DNA of 64,000 nt, from positions 65,575 to 129,574 of the forward strand of contig NZ_JAKFDJ010000068.1 in assembly GCF_036676215.1 (NCBI RefSeq), given 5' to 3'. A program made the translations under genes and the position numbers. Positions 1 to 8,759 of this stretch are shown piece after piece (within the stretch, counting starts at the first letter, position 1; every line of letters starts with the position of its first letter). Source of the stretch: Devosia sp. (lineage in GTDB: Bacteria > Pseudomonadota > Alphaproteobacteria > Rhizobiales > Devosiaceae). Below the pieces are notes generated by a model that was not told the origin of the DNA, did not search any database, and was given only the letters and a program-made list of their open reading frames with translations.

Positions 1-432
1 ATCAAGATGTGGCTGGCGCGCTTCGACCAGGCTGCCATTTTCCTTTTCATCGCCGGCTCCTACACGCCCTTCCTCGCCGTCATGGGCGGCACAACGACGG
101 GCGCGCTCATGACGACCTTCGTGTGGGGGGCGTCGCTGATCGGGGTGGCGCTCAAGCTCGTCGTACCGGAGCGGTTTGGAAGGCTGGCCATCGCGCTCTA
201 TCTGGCGATCGGGTGGAGTGGCGTGCTGGTGTTCCAGTCACTGGCCCAGACTCTGCCACCGACAACGATGTGGCTTCTGCTGGCGGGCGGAGTGACCTAT
301 TCCCTCGGAATCATCTTCCATCTCTGGGAAAAGCTGAAATTCCAGAACGCCCTGTGGCACGTCTTCGTTGTAGTCGGTGCGAGCCTGCATCTGTGGGCGG
401 TGATCGACTGCATGGTCATCCACCGGCTCTAG
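1..432 (+). CDS. Hemolysin III / PAQR family membrane protein (5'-truncated by window edge)
   Basis: D-x-A-A-I-F-L-F-I-A-G-S-Y-T-P motif, several TM helices, C-terminal WH-x-F-V...H motif; frame is open to position 1. Confidence 0.9.
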   Translation: MKMWLARFDQAAIFLFIAGSYTPFLAVMGGTTTGALMTTFVWGASLIGVALKLVVPERFGRLAIALYLAIGWSGVLVFQSLAQTLPPTTMWLLLAGGVTYSLGIIFHLWEKLKFQNALWHVFVVVGASLHLWAVIDCMVIHRL

Positions 433-918
433 TCAGTTCTTCGGCGTAGCGCCGACAAGCGGGTGCTCCATGGTGTCGCCGGGCTGCAGCCCGATCTCGA
501 CGGAGCGTCCACCCGGAATTTCCAGCACGAACTGCACCGGCACCTGTGACGGGATCGAGGTTGGATCCTGCGGCCGGGCGTTGACGTGGATGGTCTTGAC
601 CACCCCATCGGCGCCGACAAAGATCATGTCCAGCGGAATGAAGGTATTGCGCATCCAGAACGACACCTGCCGCTCTTCCTTGAAATCAAACAGCATGCCG
701 GCGTCGTCTGCCAGTTCCTGGCGGAACATCAGCCCTTCGGCGCGCGTCTCGGGCGTATCAACGATTTCGACATTGAAGCTGTGCTCGCCAGTCGAGGAGT
801 GAAGCACCAGCTTGCCCTCGTCGCTGCAGGCGGCCAGCGGTAGCGCGACGGCGGCAATGGCAATCACCGTACCGGCGCGGAGCAGCACCGGGACAAAGCC
901 TTGGGCAAACAGCATCAT
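433..918 (-). CDS. DUF192 domain-containing lipoprotein
   Basis: GLMFR...GMLF...FWMRNTFIPLDMIF and VLEIPGG motifs; LAAC lipobox; start uncertain (915/918). Confidence 0.88.
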   Translation of the reverse strand: MMLFAQGFVPVLLRAGTVIAIAAVALPLAACSDEGKLVLHSSTGEHSFNVEIVDTPETRAEGLMFRQELADDAGMLFDFKEERQVSFWMRNTFIPLDMIFVGADGVVKTIHVNARPQDPTSIPSQVPVQFVLEIPGGRSVEIGLQPGDTMEHPLVGATPKN

Positions 919-929
919 GGGAGCAATTC

Positions 930-1553
930 CTAGTGCGAGGACGGCGCGTCGCCCCAACCATCGGGCCGGATTTCGGCGACCATAAGGCCCTTGGGACCGT
1001 TGCCGTAGCGAACCAGCACGAATTGCCCCGGCCGCAATTCGGTAATGCCGAAGCGACGAAGCGTTTCCATATGCACGAAAATATCCGGCGTGCCCTCACC
1101 GGCCGAGAGAAAGCCGAAGCCGCGAATGCGGTTGAACCACTTCACCTCGAGCCGAACCATGCCGGAGGTCGGCTCCACCACGACATGAGTGCGCGGCGCG
1201 GGCATCTGGGCGGGATGACGGGCGGTCGATTCGTCCATCGAGACGATGCGGAACGCCTGCAGGCCCCCAGGGCGATTGAGCGCTTCCACGACAATGCGGG
1301 CGCCTTCATAGGCGGTCTGGTAGCCGTCGCGGCGCAGGCAGGTCACATGCAGCAGGACATCAGCCATGCCATTGTCGGGCACGATGAAACCGAACCCCTT
1401 GCCGGCATCGAACCACTTGATGGAACCGGAAATTTCGATGGTATCCAGACCGGATTCGCCGGCTGGGGAGGCAGCGCCGGAATGGCCCGCAGGCTCCGTG
1501 TCGGACGACACGACCGCGGCCTCTTCGCTATCGCCAGTAAACTTGGCCCCCAT
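930..1553 (-). CDS. Cold-shock protein with two tandem CSD domains
   Basis: Two repeats of KWF...GFGF (RNP1) and D-V/I-L/F-L/V-H (RNP2); ATG at 1553 (MGAKFTG). Confidence 0.9.
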   Translation of the reverse strand: MGAKFTGDSEEAAVVSSDTEPAGHSGAASPAGESGLDTIEISGSIKWFDAGKGFGFIVPDNGMADVLLHVTCLRRDGYQTAYEGARIVVEALNRPGGLQAFRIVSMDESTARHPAQMPAPRTHVVVEPTSGMVRLEVKWFNRIRGFGFLSAGEGTPDIFVHMETLRRFGITELRPGQFVLVRYGNGPKGLMVAEIRPDGWGDAPSSH

Positions 1554-1728
1554 GCGCCCCAAAGCCCTTCGCACTCGCCTCGCAACTGCGAGGTACTCCA
1601 CAAGACAGAACACCACTGTGTCCGATTCAAACGCAATTGTTAAGAGTCTGTTTGGAATTGCACCGGTTGCCGCGGGACTACGGTCTTGCTAGGCCAGCGA
1701 CAATCGATTTCGCCAAGGAGGAATTGCC

Positions 1729-2145
1729 GTGAAGTATCTGCACACCATGGTCCGGGTGACCAATGTCGACGAGAGCCTGCGCTTTTATTGCGAGGGCCTG
1801 GGACTGGAGGAAGTGCGGCGCACGGAGAATGAGAAGGGCCGCTTCACCCTGATCTTCCTGCGCGCGCCGGGCGATGCGGGCGGGGAGGTCGAACTCACCT
1901 TTAACTGGGATCCGGAAGACTATACCGGCGGGCGCAATTTCGGGCACCTGGCCTATCGGGTGGCCGATATCTACAAGCTGTGCCAGCATCTTTCCGATAT
2001 GGGCGTGACCATCAACCGGCCGCCGCGCGACGGACACATGGCCTTCGTGCGCTCGCCGGACGGGATTTCGGTGGAACTGATCCAGGATGGCACCCTGCCC
2101 CCGCAGGAACCCTGGCTGTCCATGCCCAACACCGGCAAGTGGTAG
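1729..2145 (+). CDS. gloA: Lactoylglutathione lyase / VOC family protein
   Basis: YLHTMVRV, ELTFNWD, FGHLAY, AFVRSPDGISVEL motifs; GGAGGA RBS before GTG. Confidence 0.88.
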   Translation: MKYLHTMVRVTNVDESLRFYCEGLGLEEVRRTENEKGRFTLIFLRAPGDAGGEVELTFNWDPEDYTGGRNFGHLAYRVADIYKLCQHLSDMGVTINRPPRDGHMAFVRSPDGISVELIQDGTLPPQEPWLSMPNTGKW

Positions 2146-2165
2146 CCCGCCGACCATTGCTAACG

Positions 2166-2204
2166 TTTTGCTAACCGTGGCGCTTAGCCTGCGGTTAGCG
2201 AAAA
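2166..2204. terminator. Hairpin downstream of glyoxalase (possible terminator; alternatively paired CtrA-like sites)
   Basis: TTTT-GCTAACCG...CGGTTAGC-GAAAA inverted repeat. Confidence 0.4.
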
Positions 2205-2282
2205 GGATCGTATTTTAGCGACTTCACAGAACGGGCCATTGCCTGTTGCCCAAGGGCAACAGGCGGTCTCTCGGAAGTCGCC

Positions 2283-2759
2283 ATGAACATCTCATTCCGC
2301 TCCATTCTTGCCATCGCCCTGTGCGCGCTGACCCTGGCGGCCTGCATGCCCATGGCCATGTTCGCCAGCGGCAGCGGCGCGGCCTATGCGGGCAAGAAAA
2401 GCGATTGGGGCACCTATGTCGCCAGCAATGAAGTCAATGCGCTGTGCCTCTCGCCCAAGCTGCGCTTCCTGATCTGGGAGTTCGAGGGACAGTTCGGGCG
2501 CAAGGTCATCATGAGCTCGGGCTATCGCGACAACCAGCACAACGCGGCGGCGGGCGGCGCGGACAGCTCCTATCACACCAAATGCATGGCGGCGGATTTC
2601 TACATTCCGGGCGTCGACAAGCAACAATTGATCGCCTTCGCCATGCATCGCAGCAGCGCGGGCGGGCTGGGCTGCTATCCGGGCCGACAGTTCATCCACG
2701 TGGACGTGCGCGACCGGCCGCGCGGTTATAATCGGCCCGTCACGTTCTCGGGCTGTTGA
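2283..2759 (+). CDS. Peptidase M15A (D-Ala-D-Ala carboxypeptidase / YcbK-like) lipoprotein
   Basis: LAAC lipobox; SGYR, SYH..CMAAD and FIHVD zinc-binding motifs. Confidence 0.85.
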   Translation: MNISFRSILAIALCALTLAACMPMAMFASGSGAAYAGKKSDWGTYVASNEVNALCLSPKLRFLIWEFEGQFGRKVIMSSGYRDNQHNAAAGGADSSYHTKCMAADFYIPGVDKQQLIAFAMHRSSAGGLGCYPGRQFIHVDVRDRPRGYNRPVTFSGC

Positions 2760-2787
2760 AAATTTTGGCTTTCGGGTCGCAAATGGG

Positions 2788-2816
2788 TTGCGCATCCGAA
2801 ATCACCCAACTATACG
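2788..2816 (+). promoter_or_regulatory. Sigma70-like promoter of tRNA-Glu
   Basis: TTGCGC-N17-TATACG ending 15 nt upstream of the tRNA. Confidence 0.55.
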
Positions 2817-2831
2817 ACCACCAGCGCTTAG

Positions 2832-2906
2832 GCGCCCTTCGTCTATCGGTTAGGACGGCACCCTTTCACGGTGCAGAGAGGGGTTCGACTCCCCTAGGGC
2901 GTACCA
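2832..2906 (+). tRNA. tRNA-Glu (TTC)
   Basis: 75-nt cloverleaf, anticodon arm GCACC-CTTTCAC-GGTGC, GGTTCGACTCC T-arm, encoded CCA. Confidence 0.97.
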
Positions 2907-2957
2907 TTCCTTCTTGACAGGGAATGACATAGACTAAGCCGACGAGTTCCTAGGTCC

Positions 2958-3032
2958 GCGCCCATCGTCTATCGGTCAGGACGGCACCCTCTCACGGTGC
3001 AGAGCGGGGTTCGATTCCCCGTGGGCGTACCA
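2958..3032 (+). tRNA. tRNA-Glu (CTC)
   Basis: 75-nt cloverleaf, anticodon arm GCACC-CTCTCAC-GGTGC, GGTTCGATTCC T-arm, encoded CCA. Confidence 0.97.
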
Positions 3033-3149
3033 GGAACTTCTCCTTCCCCAAGATGGTGCGTAACAACCTGCCGCACCACATGCTCCATCCGGCTTGACAC
3101 TAAACAGCGCAAGCTGCTCCCTATCGTTGGTAACTCGGGGCGCGTGGGC

Positions 3150-4094
3150 ATGGAACCAGAAGAAGCAATTGAGGGTTTGGCGCTTCAATTTCCGCAGGAA
3201 GTTGACCAGGCGTCCATTAAGCGGCTCCAAGCATTCCTGCACAAGGTCGTCGACAAGACGCCACCTAGACCTGAGACATTCTGGCACTACACTTCCGGTG
3301 TTGGATTGTTGGGAATAATTGGTACCGGAACGATTTTCGCTTCTCACGTTTCTGGTCTGAACGATTCGATGGAGTATCTGTACTTCGCTAAACTGCTACA
3401 TGACGAGGCGAACACTAGACTGCGGGCACTCGATGTTGACTTCGACCGCGCCATTTATCAGAGCGTGTTAGGCACACTGGCCAAACGCGAGGCCGTCTCT
3501 TCGGGTGCATTTGTCACGTGTTTTTCGACGGCTAAGGATGATCTCGGGCAGTGGCGAGGCTATGGCGGCGACAATTGCGCCTTCGCCATTGAATTTGACG
3601 GAAGGGAACTTCTGGAGCGAATTTCCAAACGCCACCAAACGACTTGGCTGAGAGTTATTTACGATAGTGCTCGGCACGCCCAAATAGCTGCTGAGTCACT
3701 CGACTACCATGTCGACAACCTGAAGCTTCTAGAAAGTCAGGAAAGAATTGACGCCTGGATCAAGGACTTTGGTCCGTTCCATCAGTCGCTGTATGACACT
3801 CTCCACGCTGTAATTAAGCATCCAAAATTTGAGGCCGAGAAAGAGTACCGGCTTTTCACCAAACTTTTGGTTGGCGAGGACGCTAGGCTAAAGTTCGCCG
3901 CCCGGCGCTCCATGATCACACGTCGCCTAGAATTGGACTGGTCCCTAGACGGCAAATTGCCAATAAAAAGCGTGATGGTCGGTCCAGCGCAGTCGCAAGA
4001 GGCGAGCAGGATAGCAATCGGGGATTTGCTCAAACAAAAGGGCTACGTCGATGTCCCGGTGGATTTGAGCGACATCCCATATCGTATGGTGTAA
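3150..4094 (+). CDS. DUF2971-like protein (possible ADP-ribosyltransferase-fold / defence protein)
   Basis: WHYTS...LND..EY, CFS..KDDLGQWRGY and KH..F..EKEYR motifs; visibly more AT-rich codons than flanks; ATG at 3150. Confidence 0.75.
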   Translation: MEPEEAIEGLALQFPQEVDQASIKRLQAFLHKVVDKTPPRPETFWHYTSGVGLLGIIGTGTIFASHVSGLNDSMEYLYFAKLLHDEANTRLRALDVDFDRAIYQSVLGTLAKREAVSSGAFVTCFSTAKDDLGQWRGYGGDNCAFAIEFDGRELLERISKRHQTTWLRVIYDSARHAQIAAESLDYHVDNLKLLESQERIDAWIKDFGPFHQSLYDTLHAVIKHPKFEAEKEYRLFTKLLVGEDARLKFAARRSMITRRLELDWSLDGKLPIKSVMVGPAQSQEASRIAIGDLLKQKGYVDVPVDLSDIPYRMV

Positions 4095-4190
4095 CTGCGC
4101 GAACTCACCTAACCCACTACCGCTGCCCCAACATGATGTTGCCCTTTCAGGTCGTGGAGGACGGGGAATTCGGCAGGCCGGCGCTGGCCG

Positions 4191-5426
4191 CTAAGCCGGC
4201 CGGCGGTACTGATAGATTCCGACGTCGATCGAGCCTTCGGTGAAGCCCGCCTCGCAATAGCTGAGGTAGTAGACCCACTTGCGCTTGAATTCCTCGTCAT
4301 AGCCGAGCGGGGCGATCATCGGCCAGCGTTCCAGGAAGCGCTCGCGCCAGAGCTTGAGGGTCTTGGCGTAGCTCAGGCGGAAGGTCTCGACGTTTTCGAG
4401 CACCAGATCGTATTTCTCGCCGAATTCCTGCATCACCGTCTTGGTCAGCAACATGCCACCGGGGAAGATGTAGCGCTGGATGAAATCGGGGCCGCTGCGA
4501 TAGCCGTCGAAATCGGCCTCGTTGATGGTGATGGCCTGGATGGCGGCGGTGCCACCGGGCTTGAGGCGGTCATGTACGGTCTGGAAATAGCTCGGCCAAT
4601 TATCCTCGCCCACTGCCTCGATCATCTCGATCGAGCCGATATGGTCGAACTGCCCTTCGGTGTGGCGGTAATCCTCAAAGACCAGCTTGGCATATTGGTC
4701 GAGGCCCTGACGGGCCAGGCGCTGCTGACCAAACTTGAGCTGTTCGGCCGAGAGGGTGATGCCGCGCAGATTGGCCTTGTAATCGCGCGCCACAGTCTCG
4801 GCGAAACCGCCCCAGCCGCAGCCGATTTCCAGCACGGACGATCCGGCGGTTACGCCCGCCATGTCGGCGACGCGGCGGTATTTGGCGAGCTGGGCTTCTT
4901 CCAGGCTCTGGTCGCCCGACGTGAAGACGGCCGACGAATAGGTCATCGATGGATCGAGCCATTGGCCATAGAAGTCGTTGCCGAGGTCATAGTGCTCGGC
5001 GATGTTCTTCTTGGAGCCTTCGAGCGTGTTGCGTCGTGACAAGTGATAATGCAGATCACCGGCTGCCTTGCGGAAGAAACCGGGATTGGCCTGATCGAAG
5101 GTGTCACGATTCTGCAGGAAGAAGCGAAACAGCGCCGTGAGGTCATCGACCTCGATGTCGCCATTCATATAGGCCGCGGCAAAGCCCACCGTGCCGCGTT
5201 GCATGGCCTCGGTGATGACACGGAAATTGTTGAGCCGGAGCACCGAGTGCTCGCCTGTTGACGGGTCCCCCACGGTACGAGTCCGCCCATTGGGCAAGAT
5301 TACCGTGAGGGTGCCATGCCGCGCCTTGCCGATAAGCTTGCTGCCGATCTGCTCGACAGCCCAGGAGGCAAAACGGGTCCACAGCGTCACGCCGGTATTG
5401 GTGCTTTCTGCTACGCTTTTCGTCAT
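4191..5426 (-). CDS. cfa: Cyclopropane-fatty-acyl-phospholipid synthase (SAM methyltransferase)
   Basis: NIAEHYDLGNDFY, MTYSSA, LEIGCGWG, SIEMIEAVG, FIQRYIFPGG, YLSYCEAGF motifs. Confidence 0.95.
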   Translation of the reverse strand: MTKSVAESTNTGVTLWTRFASWAVEQIGSKLIGKARHGTLTVILPNGRTRTVGDPSTGEHSVLRLNNFRVITEAMQRGTVGFAAAYMNGDIEVDDLTALFRFFLQNRDTFDQANPGFFRKAAGDLHYHLSRRNTLEGSKKNIAEHYDLGNDFYGQWLDPSMTYSSAVFTSGDQSLEEAQLAKYRRVADMAGVTAGSSVLEIGCGWGGFAETVARDYKANLRGITLSAEQLKFGQQRLARQGLDQYAKLVFEDYRHTEGQFDHIGSIEMIEAVGEDNWPSYFQTVHDRLKPGGTAAIQAITINEADFDGYRSGPDFIQRYIFPGGMLLTKTVMQEFGEKYDLVLENVETFRLSYAKTLKLWRERFLERWPMIAPLGYDEEFKRKWVYYLSYCEAGFTEGSIDVGIYQYRRPA

Positions 5427-5448
5427 CGGCCGCTGAATCCAAATGTCG

Positions 5449-5676
5449 CTAGACTGCGCGGCGGCGCTTCGATTGCCGCCTCAATTTGAGCGTCGGCAGT
5501 ACACTCTTGAGCCACAAAAGCAGTGCTTTCCAGTGTATGCCCACGACTAGTTTAGCGGTCATAAATGGATATGCAAGCAGCAGTTTCAATAGGGTAGCGC
5601 CGGTCAGCGGCCGCCGTTCACCCTCGAAATCCGCGGTCAGCAAGCCGACCTCCGCTTCAGCGAGCGCAATGCCCAA
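5449..5676 (-). pseudogene. C-terminal remnant of DUF1365 family gene
   Basis: G.RRPLT...LL.YPFMT.K...GIHW.AL.LWLK matches the DUF1365 C-terminus, a usual cfa neighbour; under 90 bp remain before the recJ stop, so the N-terminal part is missing. Confidence 0.7.
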
Positions 5677-5763
5677 AGCACCGTTTCGGCGGGCAGTCGC
5701 ACGGAAAAGCGAAGGCTGCTGTGCAGCGCGAGGATGTGCCGCTGGATCAGTAAAGAGTTTCGC

Positions 5764-7554
5764 TCAGCCCTTGGGCTTGGCCAGATCGGTCAGGCGAAAC
5801 TGCACCTGTTCGCGGCCCTGGTAGTGATCGATCGAAAGCGCACCGGCAAAATGGAAGGGCGCATCGGAGTCGCGCAGCAGCGCGTCGCCGATCGCCGTAT
5901 TGGCGGCGCGGAAGGCAATGGCCTTGAGCCGTGCTCCGTCTTCCGAGGTCAGCGTGAAGCTGACATGGCCACCCTTGCCGACGATCTGGGCATAGCGGGC
6001 CCGATGGGCCGGAAAGGCAAAGACCGGACTGGGATTGCCCGAGCCGTAGGGGCCGGCTTTTTCGAGGTCATGCACCAGGTCCAGCGTCGCGCCGCGTGCC
6101 GTCAGCGCCGCATCGACCGGCAGAGCCGTGGCGGCCCGAGCCGCGGTCACGTCGACGGACAGCTTTTCGGCCAGAAAGGAGCGGAATGGGCCAAGCTGGC
6201 CCGGCTTGATGGTAACGCCTGCCGCCATGGCATGGCCGCCGCCCTTGGCGATGAGGCCGAGTTCCACCGCCTCGATGACCGCGCGGCCGAGATCGACGCC
6301 GGGCATCGAGCGGCCTGAGCCGGTGCCCGTGCCGTCAGGCTGCAGCGCAATGGCGAAGGTGGGGCGCTCGAAGCGTTCGCGCAGGCGCGAGGCGATGAGA
6401 CCGGCAACGCCGGGATGCCAGTTTGCCGAGGCCAGCACCAGCACCGGCGGGCCTTCGCCGCTGCCGATTTCCATGTCGGCCACGGCGGCGGCTTCTTCGA
6501 CGGCCTCGACCTCGATGCGCTGGCGTTCGGAATTGAGCTCGTCGAGACGCGCGGCGATGGCGAGGGCATGGTGTTCGTCATCCACGGTCAGCAATTCGGT
6601 GCCCAGCGCCGCATTGCCGATGCGGCCACCGGCATTGATACGCGGCCCCAGCAGGAAGCCCAGATGGTAGGGGTTGATCGGCCCGCTGAGCCGCGACGCC
6701 AGGGCAAGCGCGGCAATGCCCTTGTTGTCGCCACGGCGGGCAACCTCGAGGCCGCGGACGACGAAGGCACGGTTGAGGCCGGTGAGCGGGACCACGTCAC
6801 AGATCGTGGCCAGCGCCACCAGATCGAGCAGCTTGAGCAGGTCAGGCAGGCCAGTATCGCCGCGCTGCCGCAGTGTACGATTGACCGCCACCAGCACCAT
6901 GAAGGTGACACCGGCGGCGCAGAGATAGCCGAGGCCGGAAATGTCGTCGGGCCGATTGGGATTGACCAGGGCGTTGGCGTTGGGGAGCTCGTGGTCGCTG
7001 AGGTGATGGTCGATGACCAGCACGTCGACGCCCCTGCCCCGCGCATGGGCGATGGGACCGTCGCTGGTGGTACCGCAATCGAGCGTGATGACGAGGTTGG
7101 CGCCCGCGTCGATCAGCTTGTCCATGGCCGCGACATTGGGGCCGTAGCCCTCGAAGATGCGGTCGGGAATATGCACCTGCGGCTCGATGCCGAAATGGCG
7201 CAGATAGCGCGCCATCAGTGCGCAGGAGCAGGCGCCGTCCACGTCATAGTCGCCGAAGAGGGCCACGGCCTCGTTGTCGGCAATGGCCTTGGCGAGGCGC
7301 TCGGCCAGCGCGTCCATGGCGGTCAGCGTCGAGGGATCGGGCATGAGGCCGCGAATGGTCGGATCGAGATAGGTCTCGGCACCGTCGAGTTCGACGCCAC
7401 GCGCTGCGATGATGCGGGCGAGGATTTCCGAGATGCCGGTGCGCTGGGCGATCGCTGTGGCAGTGCGGGTGGTGGTTGCGTCCAGCCGGTCAGTCCAGGC
7501 TCGGCCGGTGACCGAGCGGGAAACATCGAGGAAGGGTCGCGGCGCATCGAGCAT
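5764..7554 (-). CDS. recJ: Single-stranded-DNA-specific exonuclease RecJ
   Basis: GDYDVDG, DCG, DHH, PRINAGGR, GSGRS, GGHAMAAG motifs; ATG at 7554. Confidence 0.97.
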   Translation of the reverse strand: MLDAPRPFLDVSRSVTGRAWTDRLDATTTRTATAIAQRTGISEILARIIAARGVELDGAETYLDPTIRGLMPDPSTLTAMDALAERLAKAIADNEAVALFGDYDVDGACSCALMARYLRHFGIEPQVHIPDRIFEGYGPNVAAMDKLIDAGANLVITLDCGTTSDGPIAHARGRGVDVLVIDHHLSDHELPNANALVNPNRPDDISGLGYLCAAGVTFMVLVAVNRTLRQRGDTGLPDLLKLLDLVALATICDVVPLTGLNRAFVVRGLEVARRGDNKGIAALALASRLSGPINPYHLGFLLGPRINAGGRIGNAALGTELLTVDDEHHALAIAARLDELNSERQRIEVEAVEEAAAVADMEIGSGEGPPVLVLASANWHPGVAGLIASRLRERFERPTFAIALQPDGTGTGSGRSMPGVDLGRAVIEAVELGLIAKGGGHAMAAGVTIKPGQLGPFRSFLAEKLSVDVTAARAATALPVDAALTARGATLDLVHDLEKAGPYGSGNPSPVFAFPAHRARYAQIVGKGGHVSFTLTSEDGARLKAIAFRAANTAIGDALLRDSDAPFHFAGALSIDHYQGREQVQFRLTDLAKPKG

Positions 7555-7593
7555 GGCTGAGAGGTAGGCGATTTGGGCGCAGGTGGGAAGGCT

Positions 7594-7731
7594 CCTCTTC
7601 ACCTCTCCCTTTGGGGGAGAGGTCGACCCTCTTGGGTCGGGTGAGGGGGCCTTTTCTTGGTGCGGTGCGTGGAAAGGCCCCCTCACCCGGCGCTGCGCGC
7701 CGACCTCTCCCCCAAAGGGAGAGGTAAGAGG
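7594..7731. repeat. REP/RIME/CIR-like palindromic intergenic element
   Basis: ~31-bp terminal inverted repeats CCTCTT(C)ACCTCTCCCTTTGGGGGAGAGGTCG / CGACCTCTCCCCCAAAGGGAGAGGTAAGAGG, plus inner IR GGGTGAGGGGGCC / GGCCCCCTCACCC. Confidence 0.85.
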
Positions 7732-7735
7732 TACC

Positions 7736-8722
7736 CTAGCGCGCGTGCTGCGCCCTGATCCAGCGGACGGTCTGGCTCCAGGAGCGCATAACGATGGTGT
7801 TGGTCTCGACCGAATTGCGGCGCAGGCGGACGCCTTCGAGCAGGGTGCCGTCGGTGACGCCAGTGGCCGCCACCAGCACGTCGCCGGCCGCCAGCTCGGT
7901 CACGTCATAGATGCGGTTGGGGTCGGTTATGCCCATGGCGATGGCGCGTTCGCGCTTGGCAGGGGTATCGAGGATCAGCTTGCCCTGCATCTGCCCGCCG
8001 ATGCAGCGCAAGGCCGCCGCGGCCAGCACGCCCTCAGGGGCGCCACCGGAGCCGAGATAGATGTCGATGCCGGTATCCTCGGTATTGACCGCGTGGATCA
8101 CCCCGGCAATGTCGCCGTCGCTGATCAGCTTCACCGCAACACCAGTGGTGCGCAGCTCCTCGATCAGACCGGCATGGCGCGGGCGATCCAGCACGATGGC
8201 GGTGATCTCCGAGATCGGCACGCCCTTGGCCTGGGCCAGGGCCTTGACGTTTTCGGTGGCCGTCCAGTCGATATGGACCGTTCCTGGAGCGTATTCAGAG
8301 CCAATGGCGATCTTGTGCATATAGACGTTGCGGGCAACGTTGAGCAGCCCGCCGCGCTCGGCCATGGCCAGCACCACGATGGAATCGGGCTGGTTCTTGG
8401 CGCAAAGCGTAACGCCCTCGAGCGGGTCGACGGCGATGTCGACCTCCGGCCCCTGCCCGGCCCCGACAGCCTGGCCGATATAGAGGTTGTCGCACTCGTT
8501 CTCTTCGCCCTCGCCGATGACGATGCGGCCGGAAATGGCGACACGGTCGAGTTCGGCCTTCATGGCGAGCACGGCAGCCTCGTCGGCAGCCTGCTCGTTG
8601 CCCTTGCCGCGCCACTCGGCGGCAGCAATGGCGGCGCGCTCGGTGACGCGGACCAGTTCCAGGGTCAGGCTGCGGTGCAGATGGGCCGGGCTTTTGGCGC
8701 CCTCGACCTTGCTGAGTCTCAT
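7736..8722 (-). CDS. glpX: Fructose-1,6-bisphosphatase class II
   Basis: ELVRVTERAA, IVIGEGE, DIAVDPLEG, LDRPRH, DGDIAG, GGAPEGVL, ATGVTDG motifs. Confidence 0.96.
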   Translation of the reverse strand: MRLSKVEGAKSPAHLHRSLTLELVRVTERAAIAAAEWRGKGNEQAADEAAVLAMKAELDRVAISGRIVIGEGEENECDNLYIGQAVGAGQGPEVDIAVDPLEGVTLCAKNQPDSIVVLAMAERGGLLNVARNVYMHKIAIGSEYAPGTVHIDWTATENVKALAQAKGVPISEITAIVLDRPRHAGLIEELRTTGVAVKLISDGDIAGVIHAVNTEDTGIDIYLGSGGAPEGVLAAAALRCIGGQMQGKLILDTPAKRERAIAMGITDPNRIYDVTELAAGDVLVAATGVTDGTLLEGVRLRRNSVETNTIVMRSWSQTVRWIRAQHAR

Positions 8723-8759
8723 ATATCCTCCCGGGGTCTGACTTGCCCCGGCGGGGATA

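Noticed and set aside
2832-3032. Tandem near-identical tRNA-Glu genes as an attL/attR duplication or short repeat array
   Set aside because: Both are complete 75-nt tRNAs with different anticodons (TTC, CTC) and compensatory stem changes; no integrase is nearby
2997-3149. ORF-track N-terminal extension of the DUF2971-like gene
   Set aside because: It overlaps tRNA-Glu(CTC); ATG 3150 is more plausible
7555-7686. Extended RecJ N-terminus in the ORF track
   Set aside because: It is translation of the palindromic repeat; RecJ-like sequence begins near ATG 7554
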